Made by a program: the position numbers and the translations under genes. DNA of 64,000 nt from Eledone cirrhosa. Its lineage: Eukaryota. Under the pieces are notes generated by a model. The model saw only the letters and a program-made list of their open reading frames with translations. It made no database searches and had not been told where the DNA came from. Of this stretch, positions 40,101-53,447 are shown piece by piece (position 1 is the first letter of the stretch; every line of letters starts with the position of its first letter). Where the stretch lies: positions 55,986,001 through 56,050,000 of the forward strand of contig OZ024743.1 of NCBI GenBank assembly GCA_964016885.1. The letters run 5' to 3'.

Positions 40101-42143
40101 TTATTTTTTTGTTACATCCTCTGTTTTTTGTTTTTTACACGCAGAAATGCCCATTTGTTGCTGGGTGTGTGTGTTTTGTTGTTGTGTTTGCGATGTTGGT
40201 GTTTGTGGTGGTGGTGTTGAAGGTGTTGTTGTTGTTGGCGGTGGGGTTGTCGCCGGTGGTGATGGTGGTGCTAGTGTGGGTGGTGATGGTGTTGGTGGTG
40301 TTGCTGCTGTGAGTCTCTTTGCAGTAGCCTTTACCCTTTTTTCATTTCTTTCCTCCCTTTTCGAAGGCGACGATGCGCTGCTTCTGCGTTTGTGCCTTCT
40401 TGCGACCTTTTGCCATCCCTCTCCCACCTCACACTCCATGTCTGATTCTGTGAGGTCGGGGAGGAGTACCAGCTCCACTCTTTCACTTGTTGTTGTTGGT
40501 GATGTTTGAAGTGGAGTTTCTGTTGCAGCTGCAGTTGGTATTACTGTTGTTGTTGTTAATACTTCCACTGCTGCTGCTGTTCTTGATTTCCGTGTCGTGG
40601 GTATGGGTGCCACGGACCTATCGTTCCTGGTTGCCGCTTGTCCTATTGCTGGTAGCAGTGGAGCCGGTTTCGGAAGGGGGTGTTCTCCTTTCTCAGGGTC
40701 TTCTCGTTGCAGAAGGCCCTGAGGTGAGTCTTCGATCCACAGCGAAAGCATTTCGGGCGTTTGCCCTCAACACTTATGGGCAGTTGAGTGCCGTTATCGA
40801 AGTGTATCACATCCGGGATAGCTTCGATGCACTCCTGGTTGGTTTGGATTAACATCTCAATGGAGGTGCCAACCCAATCTTCTCTTACTTTTTCTGTACT
40901 TGCAGTACAGTAGTTTTGTCCTCGATTCCGACGAGGACAGACGCGGACAGCCAAGAAGGGGCCATCCGGGGGGGGGGGGGGTCAGTTTAAACCCTCACAA
41001 TTTTTTGTCCGCAGTAGGAGGACACCAACACCATTTCCTCGCTCCTTAGGATCACTAAGGATTGAGCCTTTGCCTCCTGGGGTGTGGCAAAAAGCACGTT
41101 TACGGTGGCATATTTCTTGCCTCGGGTGATATGCGTTTTCCGCTGCCACACAGACCCTAAGGCTTTTTGTATTTGAGCCTCTGTGGCTCTTTCAACCCTA
41201 CGGGATTTTGTGCTTACTGTACGGTACGTGACCGTACAATGCTGTTGGGTTTCGAAAAATTTTTCGGCTGCCTTGCAGATTGCTCGGTGTCCGGTTTTCG
41301 TCACCATCTTCTTTGCTTCCTGTAATTCCTCATTTGTTATGAGGATGGTTTCCAGGTTCTTTGCGATACCTGCAAACGAGATTGGTTTTTCTTTGCTGCT
41401 GTTGCTGTTGTTGATGTTGTCGTCAGAGCTGCTGTTACTTTTGTTGTTGCTGCAGGTACTACGACTACTGCCGCCGCCGCTGTTGCTGTGGTTGTTGTTG
41501 TTTTTGCTGCTGCTGCTGCTGCTGCTGCTGTTGTTGTTGCTGTTGCTGCTAATGCTGTTGTTGTTTATGCTGCTGCTGATGCTGTTGCGGCTGTTACTGT
41601 TGTTTTCCTTGTCACTGTTGCTGCTGCTGCTGTTATTACGGCTGCTACTGCTATTATTCATGACGTCAGACGAATGAAATGGGTTTTCGTATTTACCGCA
41701 CACCTTTTTCGTCGTTGTCGTCGTCGTGGAGAAATGTTCCATGTTTTGCATGTGATTTTGGAAACTATTTTTCTTTACTGGCGTCGCTTGCGAAAGAGAA
41801 GGGAACGAGAGAGACACATTTAGAGAAGGGAGGGAGAGAGACAATCTTCTCTCTGCTGTAGTGACGATTGAGGAAGAAGAAAACGGAATGAGTGGGAGTG
41901 ACTTGTGAACATTTTTTTTTGTAGCCATGTTTTTGGGGGTTTAAAATAAATATTGGGCACAAAACCCCAATAAGCGGTTATTTAACCCCGAAGGGCCAAA
42001 TAACGGGCAGAAAGACCCCTCTCACGAGGAAGAGGGTGTTTTTTGTCTACAATTTGGTTAAAGTTTTAAACAATTTACAATTGTTATAGCGGTCAAAATT
42101 TACAATACCTTACAGAGCCGAGCCTCCGTCAACCATCGCATTC
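40101..42143 (-). mobile_element. Tx1/L1-type ORF1 (gag-like, CCHC knuckle) with 5' UTR, frameshifted
   Basis: SFAGIAK, RGKKYATVNVLFATPQEAK, ISVEGKRPKCFRCGSKTHLRAFC (CX2CX4HX4C), WQKVARRHKRR; frameshift at the poly-G run near 40968-40981. Confidence 0.75.
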
Positions 42144-42202
<59 letters not shown>

Positions 42203-42206
<4 letters not shown>

Positions 42207-42366
42207 TGTTTCTACTTTTGGCACAAGGCCAGCAAATACCCAGTACATTACTGGTACATTATTTTATCGACCTCGTAACGATGAAAGCAAAGTTAACCTC
42301 GGCGGGATTTGAACTCAGACCATAAAGCGCCGTAACTCTTTGTTGCAAAGCATGGCGTGCGACCAC

Positions 42367-42408
<42 letters not shown>

Positions 42409-42645
42409 TAAATAATGTAATAAAAAAACTCTCTGACCAGACGACCAATAATAATAATAATAATTGTTTCTACGTTAGGCAGAAGGCCAGCAATTACCCA
42501 GTGCATTACTGGTACTTTATTTTATCGACCCCGTAAGGATGAAAGGCAAAATTAACCATGGCGGGATTTGAACTCAGAATGGTAAGGGCCGTAACTCTAT
42601 ACGTCAAAGCATGGCGTCCGACCCTCTACCAATATTGCCAATCCA
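42203..42645 (-). mobile_element. Two family 1 SINEs in (AAT)n arrays
   Basis: Copies at 42203-42365 and 42462-42645. Confidence 0.85.
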
Positions 42646-43471
42646 AATAATAATAAAGGGAAGAAGAAAACGCACATGGTGGATATATATCGTTATGGAA
42701 TCGCTCCCGTAAGTTTTTGATTTTTACTTATTTAAAACAGCTGTGATAGAATAATTCTTATTACAAATGACGTATAAGATTACAGTTTAACGCTCAGCAA
42801 GCCACAACGCATCACTTTACGGCATAGGCCCCAATATTTAATATTTAATTTTGGATCAGAAATGTTATAGTCGAAAAAGAGGAAAATGGCAAAATGGCTA
42901 AATAGCTAAATGGCTAAGTGGACAGACAGGCAAATAATTTCACCACCAACACCACCACCGCCACCATCACCACTACCACGCCAAAAACTCTAGTCAAGTT
43001 ACCTCAACTTCTATTTCTACTTCAACTTCAACACCATCACTACAGTACTACGATCACATCACCACCACCACTGCCTCATTATCGCTACCACCGCTATTCT
43101 CTCCCACTACCTCCTGCTAAGTACTACTAACACAACACCACTGCCTCATTATCGCTACCGCCGCTATTCTCTCCCACTACCTCCTGCTAAGACATGCATC
43201 GTAGTACCGCCACTAAAAGAGGAAGGCATCAAAAGATATAAATAGACTGATTTGATGACCCGGTCAAAAAATCAAAAAAGCAAAAATCAAAATCAAAACA
43301 GCACAGCAACAACGAAAAACGTAAAGAAAAGAAAAATGAAAAGAAAAACAGACAGACAGAGAAGGAGAAAAAAAAAAAACTAAGTCAGACATTCAAACAT
43401 TACATTACAATGAAACTTATGCTTATTCTTTTTGGGTTTTTTTTTTACCTATTTGTTTGTTTATTTATTTA

Positions 43472-46400
43472 TGTTCGTCTACAGCGTGATAGTGCCACAC
43501 TAAAATCACCGGGGGTGATGAAATCACAGGAGGTGATGAAATCACCGGTGGTTATGTAACCATACATTTACGAATCCTCGATAAGAATGTTTAAATGTCG
43601 AACCTAAACAGTTCGAATAACGGTGAAGTGGAGACTGGAATGTCATGTGACAGACTCTCACCCAGCAGGTGCTCCCTGGCTCAGCAGCAGGGACCTGGCT
43701 GTCAACCAAATACTGCTGGTGTCGGAGAAAGAAGAAGAAGGAAAGGGACCAGAACCAACTGGACGAAAGAATTGAATAGAACTGTTATGCAATGTTACCT
43801 GAAGAGTAACCCCAAGGAGAAAGGTTATAGGAAACGGATGCATAACATCTGGAATGAGATTGGTCTATTTAAATTAGATGAACAAAAATTGGCCGAGCAG
43901 GCTCAGGTAATAAGAAATTATGGGTGGATAAGCGAGCTGGAACTGGAGGAACTGAGCATAGAGATTAGGTTGGAAATGGAGAGTGGAGTATGCCAGGCAA
44001 ACGAGCCAGTGGGAAATGAAGGTGAAGAGGTTGAGAGAACGGAGGAACCATCCGAAGCAGACAATGATCTGAATGATGAAATAAATAATACCTGGAACAA
44101 AGATACGGCCATTGAGGAGATGAATGCTGACGGGCTAGGACAAGATTTGGTTGATATCCTAAACTTAGTGGTAGATGAATTGAACAATGATAGTGGGAAA
44201 CCTATGAACATAAGATTTGTAGACAGGAAAAAGTTAAAAGAAACAACAGCTAAGGTAAACAAAGTCATCCCATACCTTGAGGCGAGGAGCCTTCACCAGT
44301 GCAACAATATCCTCAAAGCAACAGCAAATGCGATGAGGAAATTACTTGGCATAAAAGCGAGAGGAAATAACAAACAAGAAAGATCAGAACCTTGGTGGAA
44401 GAAACGACTAAATGGTCAAATCAGGGAAATGAGAAATGACATTGGAAAGCTTGAGTCCCTCAATGGGACACTAAAAAACATAGACACTAAAAATAGACTG
44501 GAAATAAAGTACAAAACTAGGAGGAAAAGGCTAAATATTATCATAGAGGAACTGAAGCAACGCATTGTAGCAAAGAGTGCAAACATTAGGCGATACGAGA
44601 GCAGAGTCAGTCAGTATAGACAGAACCGCATGTTTGACAACAACCAGAAGATACTGTTTGGACAGCTTGAAGGGCAAGAAAGAGGCAACGACTTGATCCC
44701 TGAGGCGGAACAAACTAAGACATTCTGGAGAGGAATATGGGAGCAGGGTGTTAAACATAATGACCAGGCAGTGTGGATTGAGACAGTACAAAAGGAGATT
44801 AGTGAACAGTCACACCAACAAACTGATTTGAGTATCACAGTTGAAACTCTTAAGGGGCAGGCCAAAAAACTAACCAACTGGAAATCACCAGGCCCAGATG
44901 GTGTGCAGGGGTATTGAATTAAAAATATAACATCCCTCCACCCGAAACTGACAACCATGTTCAATGACTGCTTGATGTCAGGTGAGGTACCAGAGTGGTT
45001 GACAAAAGGTACCACAGTTCTGGTAATGAAAGGCCGAATCAAGGGTAATGATGTTACCAACTATAGATCTAGCACATGTCTGTGCGTAATGTGGAAACTG
45101 TTGACAAGCATTATGTCTGAGGAAATCTACCATCACCTCCACACAAACAACTTGTTACCGGACGAACAGAAAGGATGCCGAAAGAAGTCCCGTGGTACAA
45201 AGGACCAGTTACTTATTGATAAGATGGTAATGAGGAATTGCAAGAGGAGACACACTGGTCTTGCCATGGGATGGATAGACTACAAAAAGGCATTTGACAT
45301 GGTGCCTCATTCTTGGATCACCAAAAGCCTAGAGATCTTCAAGGTGGCAGATAACATCAGACAGTTGTTGGGCAAAAGTATGAAGTCCTGGAAAACAGAG
45401 TTAACATCAGCTGGAGAATCCTTGGGAGGCGTGAAGATCAAGAGAGGTATCTTCCAGGGAGATAGTCTGTCCCTTCTGTTGTTTGTCCTTGCCCTGATGC
45501 CCCTGACCATTATACTGCGAAAAGTGAGAGCAGGATACAAGTTGGGAAAGGGAGAGCTTACCATCAATCACCTCCTCTTCATGGACGACCTTAAGCTCTT
45601 CGGGAAGAGTGAGAAAGAGTTGGATGTGCTTGTTGACACTGTCCCTATTTTCAGCAATGATATATGTATGCAATTTGGTATTAGTAAGTGTGGAGTCATT
45701 GTGATGAAGAGTGGTAAGCTGAGCAGAAGTAACGGAATCCAGGTACCAACAGGTGAGATGATAAAGGAAATTGACTCTGAAGAAGGATACAAGTATTTGG
45801 GCGTTCTGGAGGCTGATGACATCAAGAACAAAAAAATGAAGGAATTGATAAGAACTGAATACATTCGGAGAGTAAGGAGCGTATTAAAGTCACATCTGAA
45901 CAGTAGGAATGCCATAAGTGCAGTAAATTCCCGAGCTGTGTCTATTATTAGGTACAGTGCGGGAATTCTGAGATGGAATGTTGCTGAACAAAAAGAAATG
46001 GATAGGAAGACTAGGAAGCTATTGACTATCTACATGTTCCACAAGAGGAGTGATGTCGATAGACTCTACTTAAGGAGATCTGAAGGTGGAAGAGGTCTTA
46101 TCAGCATAGAGGACTGTGTTCAGATGGAGAAAAACAACCTACACAAATACGTGACTGATAGTAAGGAGCCAATGCTCAGAACTGTACTGAAGGAAGGGGA
46201 CAATAGGCCAGGGGATGTCCAAGGAGGAAATAACATCAAGGAGAAAGAGCAGCCTTCAGGAAAAATCCCTTCATAGTACCTTCTTTGAGAAAACTGAATT
46301 TAGAGATCCACAGACATGGAACTGGTTGAAAAGAGACCTTAAAAAGGCTACAGAAGGAATGTTAATGGCTGCGCAGGAGGAGGCACTCAAAACGAAGTGG

Positions 46401-47120
46401 TTGAAACACCATATTTACAAGGAGGAGGTTAGCCCACTGTGCAGGATCTGTGGAGAGAGAGAGAGGAGACTGTGGCTCACATTGTATCCGAGTGTAAACA
46501 CCTAGCCCAGACTCACTATAAGGGCTGGAGACATGGTGTGATGGGCAGGGTGATCCACTGGCACCTATGCAAAGTAAACAATTTACCACATTCTGAGAAG
46601 TGGTATGAGCATAAGCCAGAGGCGGTGATAGAAAACGATCAGGTGAAGGTGCTGTGGGATTTTAGGATACAGACGGACAAGAAACTGTAACACAATAGAC
46701 CTGACCTGGTGGTTGTGGACAAAGAAAAGAGATCGTGCCTGATTGTGGATGTGGCCTGCCCATTCGACACGAGAGTGCAAGAGAAGGAGAGGGAGAAAAT
46801 TAACCGATACCAGGACTTAAAGTGGGAGGTAAAAAGGATTTGGAACTGCCATGAAGTCAAAGTGATCCCGATTGTCATAAGCGCACTAGGGACTATCTCA
46901 AAAAGTTTCCAGGGATGGTTAAAGAAAATTGGCCCCTTCACGCTTTTTGGAACGCTTCAAAAGGCATGCTTGCTGGGAACAGCAAGAACCCTCCGATACG
47001 TCCTGAATATCTGAGGCTGCAGGTAGTGGCTTGATATTCATTTCAACAAACTTTCCAGTTAACTAACATCAATGACTGAGACTCAAAGAGTAATAACAAC
47101 AATAATAATAATAATAATAA
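43472..47120 (+). mobile_element. Near-full-length R4/Dong-clade non-LTR retrotransposon (single RT + RLE ORF 43595-47014, disrupted)
   Basis: KGYRKRMHNIW, NWKSPGPDGVQGY*, EQKGCRK, WIDYKKAFDMVPH, GIFQGDSLS, HLLFMDDLKLF, YKYLGV, GGRGL, CRICGEREETVAHIVSEC, HNRPDLVVVD...IVDVACPFD; (AAT)n tail. Confidence 0.92.
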
Positions 47121-47226
47121 TTGTTTCTACGTTAGGAACAAGGCCAGCAATTACCCAGTGCATTACTGGTACTTTATTTTATCGACCCCGTAAGGATGAA
47201 AGGCAAAGTTAACCTTGGCGGATTTG
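47118..47226 (-). mobile_element. 5'-truncated family 1 SINE
   Basis: Family 1 3' half abutting the (AAT)n tail of the LINE. Confidence 0.8.
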
Positions 47227-47227
47227 A

Positions 47228-50200
47228 TAATAATAATAAGATTGGGTGAAGGAGCACACGCGTTGATATATATATATATATATATGAAAATAGGGAGAAA
47301 AAGACGATTATTAGGAAGAAAAATATTTTTTTCCCCTTTTATTTTTTTCTCTTTTTTTCTGGGTTAGAAAATGTTAAAACAAAATATTTTACTTTGTGTG
47401 AAGTGTTAAGGTATTAGTTTATTTATTAATTAACAATGGCATTTATTTATATATTTAATAATTGTCTATTACCGGTTTCAGCATTTTATGCATTATCAAA
47501 GGGGGGAATTTGTATTGGTGTAAAATGTTGGTGATGTTGAACATGTTAAGGAAATGGTGAAGAAAGAATAATGTTATTTACAAACAAGGTTTTTGAAGTG
47601 AAAAGAAAAAAGAAAAAAGGGGGTAATGTGGAACATGATAAGATAATGGGAAAGAAAAAATAATATTATTTGCAGGCATAGTTCTTGAAGATAAGCAGTT
47701 CAAAATGTGTTATTATGGCAAGAGTGCTTAGTTGATCAATGATGGAGGCAAATGGTAGTCTGGGGTTTGATATGAATTCCCTTTTTAGAGAGTTAATATG
47801 CAGGGGAGGTAATTCAGAGTGGTCAGGTAGGGGAGAGAGAAATAAGAGGGGGTAATTCATTTATATAAGAAAAAGGATTAGGTAGGGGGTGAGGGAGGTA
47901 ACTCTTTAGAGAACATAGGAATTTGGTTTTGGTTCATTGTTCGTTCCAGTTTAGTTTAGTCCGAAGTTTAGTCCATTAAGTAGAGGTTGGAATTTATTAA
48001 TGAAGTACGTTTCCTTATTGGTACAATGAATGAAAGAAGCGTTGTCTATGAATTTGTAAATGGGGAAAATTTTAAAGTGTGGATGTTGGTTAGGTGTACA
48101 ATTGGCGATATGTTCACTAAAAGCAATCTTTCTGTATTCCTGTATTTTGATTCGTGACCTATAGACGGTCATACGTTGTCTGAGGCTGTTTTTTGTCTGT
48201 CCTATGTAGCGCTCTTGACAACCTGAGCAGGTCAAAACATAGATTAGGTTTTCAGATGCACACGTAAAGTTGTGTTTAACTGTGAAATGTTGTCCTTGTT
48301 TAAAATGGAATGTTGAACCTTCTATTAGATTTATGCATATGCCACAGTTCGACCTTCCGCATTTTTTTTATTGTAGGGTTCATTGTGAGGGTTGGTTGGA
48401 TTTTGGCTTGTGTGAGGATGTTTTTTATGGATTTAGGTTGTCTTTTGCTCTTTATGATGTTGTGTGTTTGGAGGATTTTGTTCATTCTTGGGTCTCTTTT
48501 TAGTAAAGGAATGTTCTGGAGGATGGTGTCGAATGCCTCATTGTTGAGGGGGTTGTGTGTGGAGATGTATGGTAGAGTTTTCTGTTGCGGTTCATTCCTG
48601 GGTTTGGGGTGTCTGAGTTCCTGGATGTTGAGTTTTAGGGCACGTTGGAATCCATTGTTGATTAGGGATGGTGATAAGTGTGTTCTTTAATTCTTCTAGT
48701 CGTGTGTAGTATGTGTATTTATCTGAAACTATTGTGCAGATCCTTCTGGCTAGGTTATAAGGAATTGCCATTTTGGTATGGCGAGGATGGCACGAGTTAA
48801 ATGGAAGATATTGTTTGGAGTCTGTGGGTTTGTAGTATATGTCGGTTTCTATTTTGTTGTTTGTTTTCTTGATGAGGATGTCGAGGAAAGGGAGTTGTTC
48901 ATGGCTGTATCCCATTGTAAATTGTAAGGGTGTGTTGAGTCCATTTAGAAGGGTTTTAAACTCAATCAGTCTTTCTATGCTTTCATGCCAGAGGATGAAG
49001 CAGTCGTCCAGATATCTCTTCCAGTTTTTTTCTATGTGTTGGTAGAAGTGATTACCGTATTTGTCTAGAACTTTGCGGTAGAGAGTGGTTTCCAAATATC
49101 CCATGACAAGGTTGGCGTATGAGGGGGCTACTTTCGTGCCCATGGCAGTCCCAGATTTCTGTCTGTAGTATTTAGCATCGAATTCGAAGAAGTTGTTTTC
49201 CAAGATGAATTTGAGTCCCTCCAACACATATTCTTTAGGGATGCGCTGTGGAAGTTCACTAGGGAAATTTTCAAGCCAGAATTGTATTGCCTCTATACCT
49301 AGGTTGTGTGGGATATTGGAATATAGATTGATGACACCAAAGGTTACTAGTAGGGTATGTTCATTATTAAGTGTTGTTGGGAGGTGGTTGAGCATGTCAA
49401 GGTCGTCCCTTATGAAGCTTTTTATGTGTTTTAGGAAAGGTTTAAGCAAAATATCTAGGAAGTTGCTTAGGCGGTGGGTTTCACATGTGGTACCTGCCAT
49501 TATGGGTCTTAATTTAAGGTCATCAGGAGGGGGTATATTGATGTAAACGTCTGTGGCTTGCTTGCAGGCCCTGCCTATTACTTCGCTTTTGTGTGTCTTG
49601 GGGATACCGTAGAAGAGGCTGGTTCTGCTTTCGAAATTGGTGATGTAGTTGTATTCCTTGTCTGTAAGGCCTTCTTTGTAAAGGGTTGTTAGGGATTTTA
49701 GGTTTCTCATTATTTTCTGTTGTGTGTAGTGTTGGGCCTTTTCGTAATATGTTTGGTTTTCTAGAGTTGAGACTACTAGAGTCGTGTAGTAACCTCTCCG
49801 ATTACTGCACTCCCTTTATCCGCCTCTTTGGTTGTTGGGGTTTTGTCGTTCTTTAGACTGTTAAGACCATTCCATTCTTTTTTGCTTAGGTTTGGTTTTT
49901 GTTTATGTCTGTGTAGGTGGTGGTATGGGTAATTAGTAATGTGTTCGCAGAATTGATCGAGGAATTTGTTCTTGCCTTTTGGTGGGGTGTAGTTGCTTCT
50001 ATTTCTGGCTGTTGAGTCATTCTCATTGTATTTGTGCTAGCTGAGTCTTAGTTTTCTACAGAATTCTGCAATATCTTCCTTCATTTCTGGGTAGTTTGGT
50101 CGCTGGAGAGTTGGTGTAAATTTCAGACCTTTGGAAAGTATGTTGATTTGGTCTGTTGTTAATTCTTTAGAGGTTAAATTAACGATTTTTATTACATTTT

Positions 50201-51823
50201 GTATCTCCTGTGTGTTTTGTGTTATCTTGTTACCCTCTGTCTGTGTGCTGTGTCTAAAAATGACTACGGAAGTTGTGATGGTTGTTGAAGTTTGGATGTC
50301 TCTTATGGTTGTATTGGCCCCTGCTGTTGTTGTTAGAGGCTGTGTAGCTGCGGTGGTTGTTGAAGTTAGGTTGTATACTGTGGTTGTATTGAGCCATGCT
50401 GTTGTTGTAGGGTGTGTAGACTTGGTGGTAGTTGAAGTAGGGTTCTCTTGTGTGGTTATATTGAGTCCTGCTGTTGTTGTTATATGGTGTGAAGTTATGG
50501 TGGTTGTAGTGGTTATGGTGTCTCGTGATGTTATATTGTCCCCTGCTGGTGTTGTTGTAATAGGATGTGGTTAGTGGAGGAGGGTAGATCAGGGTTTCCT
50601 TATAGTTGGTGTATGGTTGTGAGACCCTATGTGACATGTGTGGTAGTTGTGTATTTTGGGTTCTATGTTGAAAGTAATGATGGTTGTGGGTTTGTTGTGT
50701 GGGGATGTTAGGGGGGGGTTGTAAGGGTGGAGGATTCTATGGTTTCTCCTGGTGGGAGAGAAGTTGTAGTGTCTATCTTGTAGTTGTTGTTTCTCTATTA
50801 CTATATTTGTTGCTTGGGAATCCGTGTGGTAGCTATGTGGTGGGTGTAGGAGGTAGGGGCGAGGTGATTCCTTCTTTTTTTGGTATGTGGGGAGGTATTG
50901 TTTTTTTGTTGTTGTTGGTTGTTGTATGGTGTTTGGGTGGTGATTGGGTTTTCTTGTTATTATGGTTTTAATGAAGGGGTTCTTGGATGTGTGTTCTTTT
51001 TGGAAAAGTGTTTCATAGTTAGAGAACCAGGTTCCGTTTATTTCCCGACGTTGAAGGGATTTTAATTCTTCCTTATTACAGTCCTCTAACCATCGTTTTG
51101 AAATATTTTCTAGGGTGGTGTCTTTGGTTATATTGATAATTGCTTGATTAATCTCATCGTCGATTGATTTGTTATCTTCATTTGCTTGGGCTCTCAATTT
51201 AAGGAGTTCAATTTCGGTTTTTATATTATCAAGTGCCATTCTTTCCCTGAGGCGTCTTTGTGTCTCTGGTTCGTTTGGGATGGATTTAATTTGTAGTTTG
51301 CGGGGGATGATTAATGGGGATGAGTTTATCCATTTTTCATAGCTCTCCGCTTTGTTATTATTTTGTATCATCTTCCAAAAGGAGAATTTCCTGTTTTTAA
51401 GAGATGTGTACCATTGTGGTATTAATTTGTTTTTTATTTGCTAAGTTGTAAGTGTATTACTGTCATGTGTATTTTCTTTCGCTTGAATAAGATTTGTGTT
51501 GTTATTCAGGTGTGTTTTTATTGTTTCACATAAGTTGTTGATATTGTCGTTGATTTCATAGGATGTGTATTTGGGAATTGTTTCTTCACTTGTAGAATTA
51601 AGTTTGTTGGTGAGTATTGACAAATTAGAGTTTATTTTTTGTAGGTCTTGGAGTATCTCTTGATTGATGCTAATGAGAGTGGAGTTTGTTTTTGTTTTAG
51701 TAGGCATTTTCTGTATCTCGTGTGGGAGTAAATAATAATAATAAAATGTGGAGAAGGAGCACACGAGTTGGAATATATATATATGAAAATAGGGAGAAAA
51801 AGACGATTATTAGGAAGAAAATT
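47228..51823 (-). mobile_element. Full-length decayed Penelope-like element (RT + C-terminal GIY-YIG) with terminal direct repeats
   Basis: ATG at 51707; FYGIPKTHK...LRPI, NLYSNIPH, GTAMGTKVAPSYANL, WKRYLDDCF, LPFLDI, YYKPTDS..YL, CGRSNCGIC, NLIYVLTC..CQERYIGQT, LLNGLN; about 95-bp direct repeat at 47230-47324 and 51731-51823. Confidence 0.92.
47466..47503 (-). ncRNA. Degenerate hammerhead in the Penelope 3' pseudo-LTR
   Basis: Minus strand TTGATAA-T-GCAT(AAA)ATGC-T-GAAA-CCGG-TA; two core mismatches, weak stem I. Confidence 0.4.
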
Positions 51824-51880
51824 ATATATATATATATACATATATATACATATGAATGTATGTATGTATATATATATATA

Positions 51881-52060
51881 CATAATCTAGCTGTCGAAAC
51901 GGCCGGAGCTCAGCCGTCGGGGTCCTCACTCTTCTACTATCATCATGATCATCATCATCTTCGTTTAACGTCCACGAATATTATGATGATGATGATGATG
52001 ATAAGAGAAGAGTGAGGCCCCCGACGGCTGAGCTCCGGCCGTTTCGACAGCTAGATTATG
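51881..52060. mobile_element. Family B inverted pair (convergent) next to the Penelope 5' end
   Basis: CATAATCTAGCTGTCGAAACGGCCGGAGCTCAGCCGTCGGGG and its reverse complement, around a (CAT)n/(ATG)n centre. Confidence 0.8.
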
Positions 52061-52095
52061 TATATATATATATATATACATACATAAATACATAC

Positions 52096-52229
<134 letters not shown>

Positions 52230-52476
52230 CTATACATACACACACATTTATACATACATCCTTTTTTTCTTTTTTCTTTCTCTCTTACTAATATATCAAA
52301 ACTTTCCATAGCGTTTAAAATAACGGTTTTTCAATCATATAACTCAACCTTATTTACATATTCATTTGCATAATCATCCATAAATTTGAAAAATCCGTTC
52401 TATAATCTCACTACCCAAGGAATATTCAACTGATAAAGTATATTTTCCTTGGCTATGTCAAAATTTATAAAACACT

Positions 52477-52538
52477 CTTTGTATCTGATGAAAGCGTACC
52501 AAAGTTTTTGGTACCCTTGAACTATATATAATAGAATA
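52477..52538 (+). ncRNA. Degenerate family A hammerhead
   Basis: CTGATGA-AAGCGTACCA(AAGTTTT)TGGTACCCTT-GAAC-TATATA-TA-ATAGAATA; GAAA mutated to GAAC. Confidence 0.65.
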
Positions 52539-52937
52539 AATATGGTTTTATAAATAAATATAGTTTCCATTTATTTAATATCATTGAATATATACATACA
52601 CATATATTTATACGTATACATATATGTGTGTGTGTGTGTATGTGTATGTAATTATATATGTGTGTGAGTGTGTGAGTGCGTGTGTGCGTACGTATGACAT
52701 ATATCTATCATTTTTGCTCTTTGTTCTTTTTCCTGTTCGCCACCAGAATGTTGATCTTGAAGAGATGTTTTTGGTGTTCTGAGATGTTTTTCTCAAAGCT
52801 AATAAATCACTGCTTAACATGTCATTTAAATACCGATAAAAGAAGTGTAAATCTTAAATATTAATCCTTCTTTCAAACAATATATTTATTTATTCACGGA
52901 TATACATGTACATAAATACACGCACACATACACACAG

Positions 52938-52968
<31 letters not shown>

Positions 52969-52981
52969 AATATATATATAT

Positions 52982-53012
<31 letters not shown>

Positions 53013-53066
53013 GTATATATATATGTATATATATATATATATGTACATATATATATATATATTTAC

Positions 53067-53097
<31 letters not shown>

Positions 53098-53129
53098 TAT
53101 ATGTGTATATATATATATATATGTGTGTG

Positions 53130-53180
<51 letters not shown>

Positions 53181-53353
53181 GTGTGTGTGTGTGCGTGTGT
53201 GTAATTATGAGTATATACACACACATATATATATACATATATATATATAAAGATATATATACGTGTGTGATTATATATTCTCATTTTGGTAATACGGAAT
53301 TCGTTGTGCATAAGTGTTTTAACTTACAAAAAAAAACACATACATAAATACAA

Positions 53354-53447
<94 letters not shown>

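Noticed and set aside
44915-44917. Programmed readthrough between the two Dong ORFs
   Set aside because: The TGA sits at a normally conserved Trp (TGG) and other lesions exist downstream, so simple decay is more likely.
47951-48420. Selenocysteine recoding in the Penelope Cys motifs
   Set aside because: The cysteines I translated in the linker and GIY-YIG region use TGC/TGT; the break there is an A-run frameshift.
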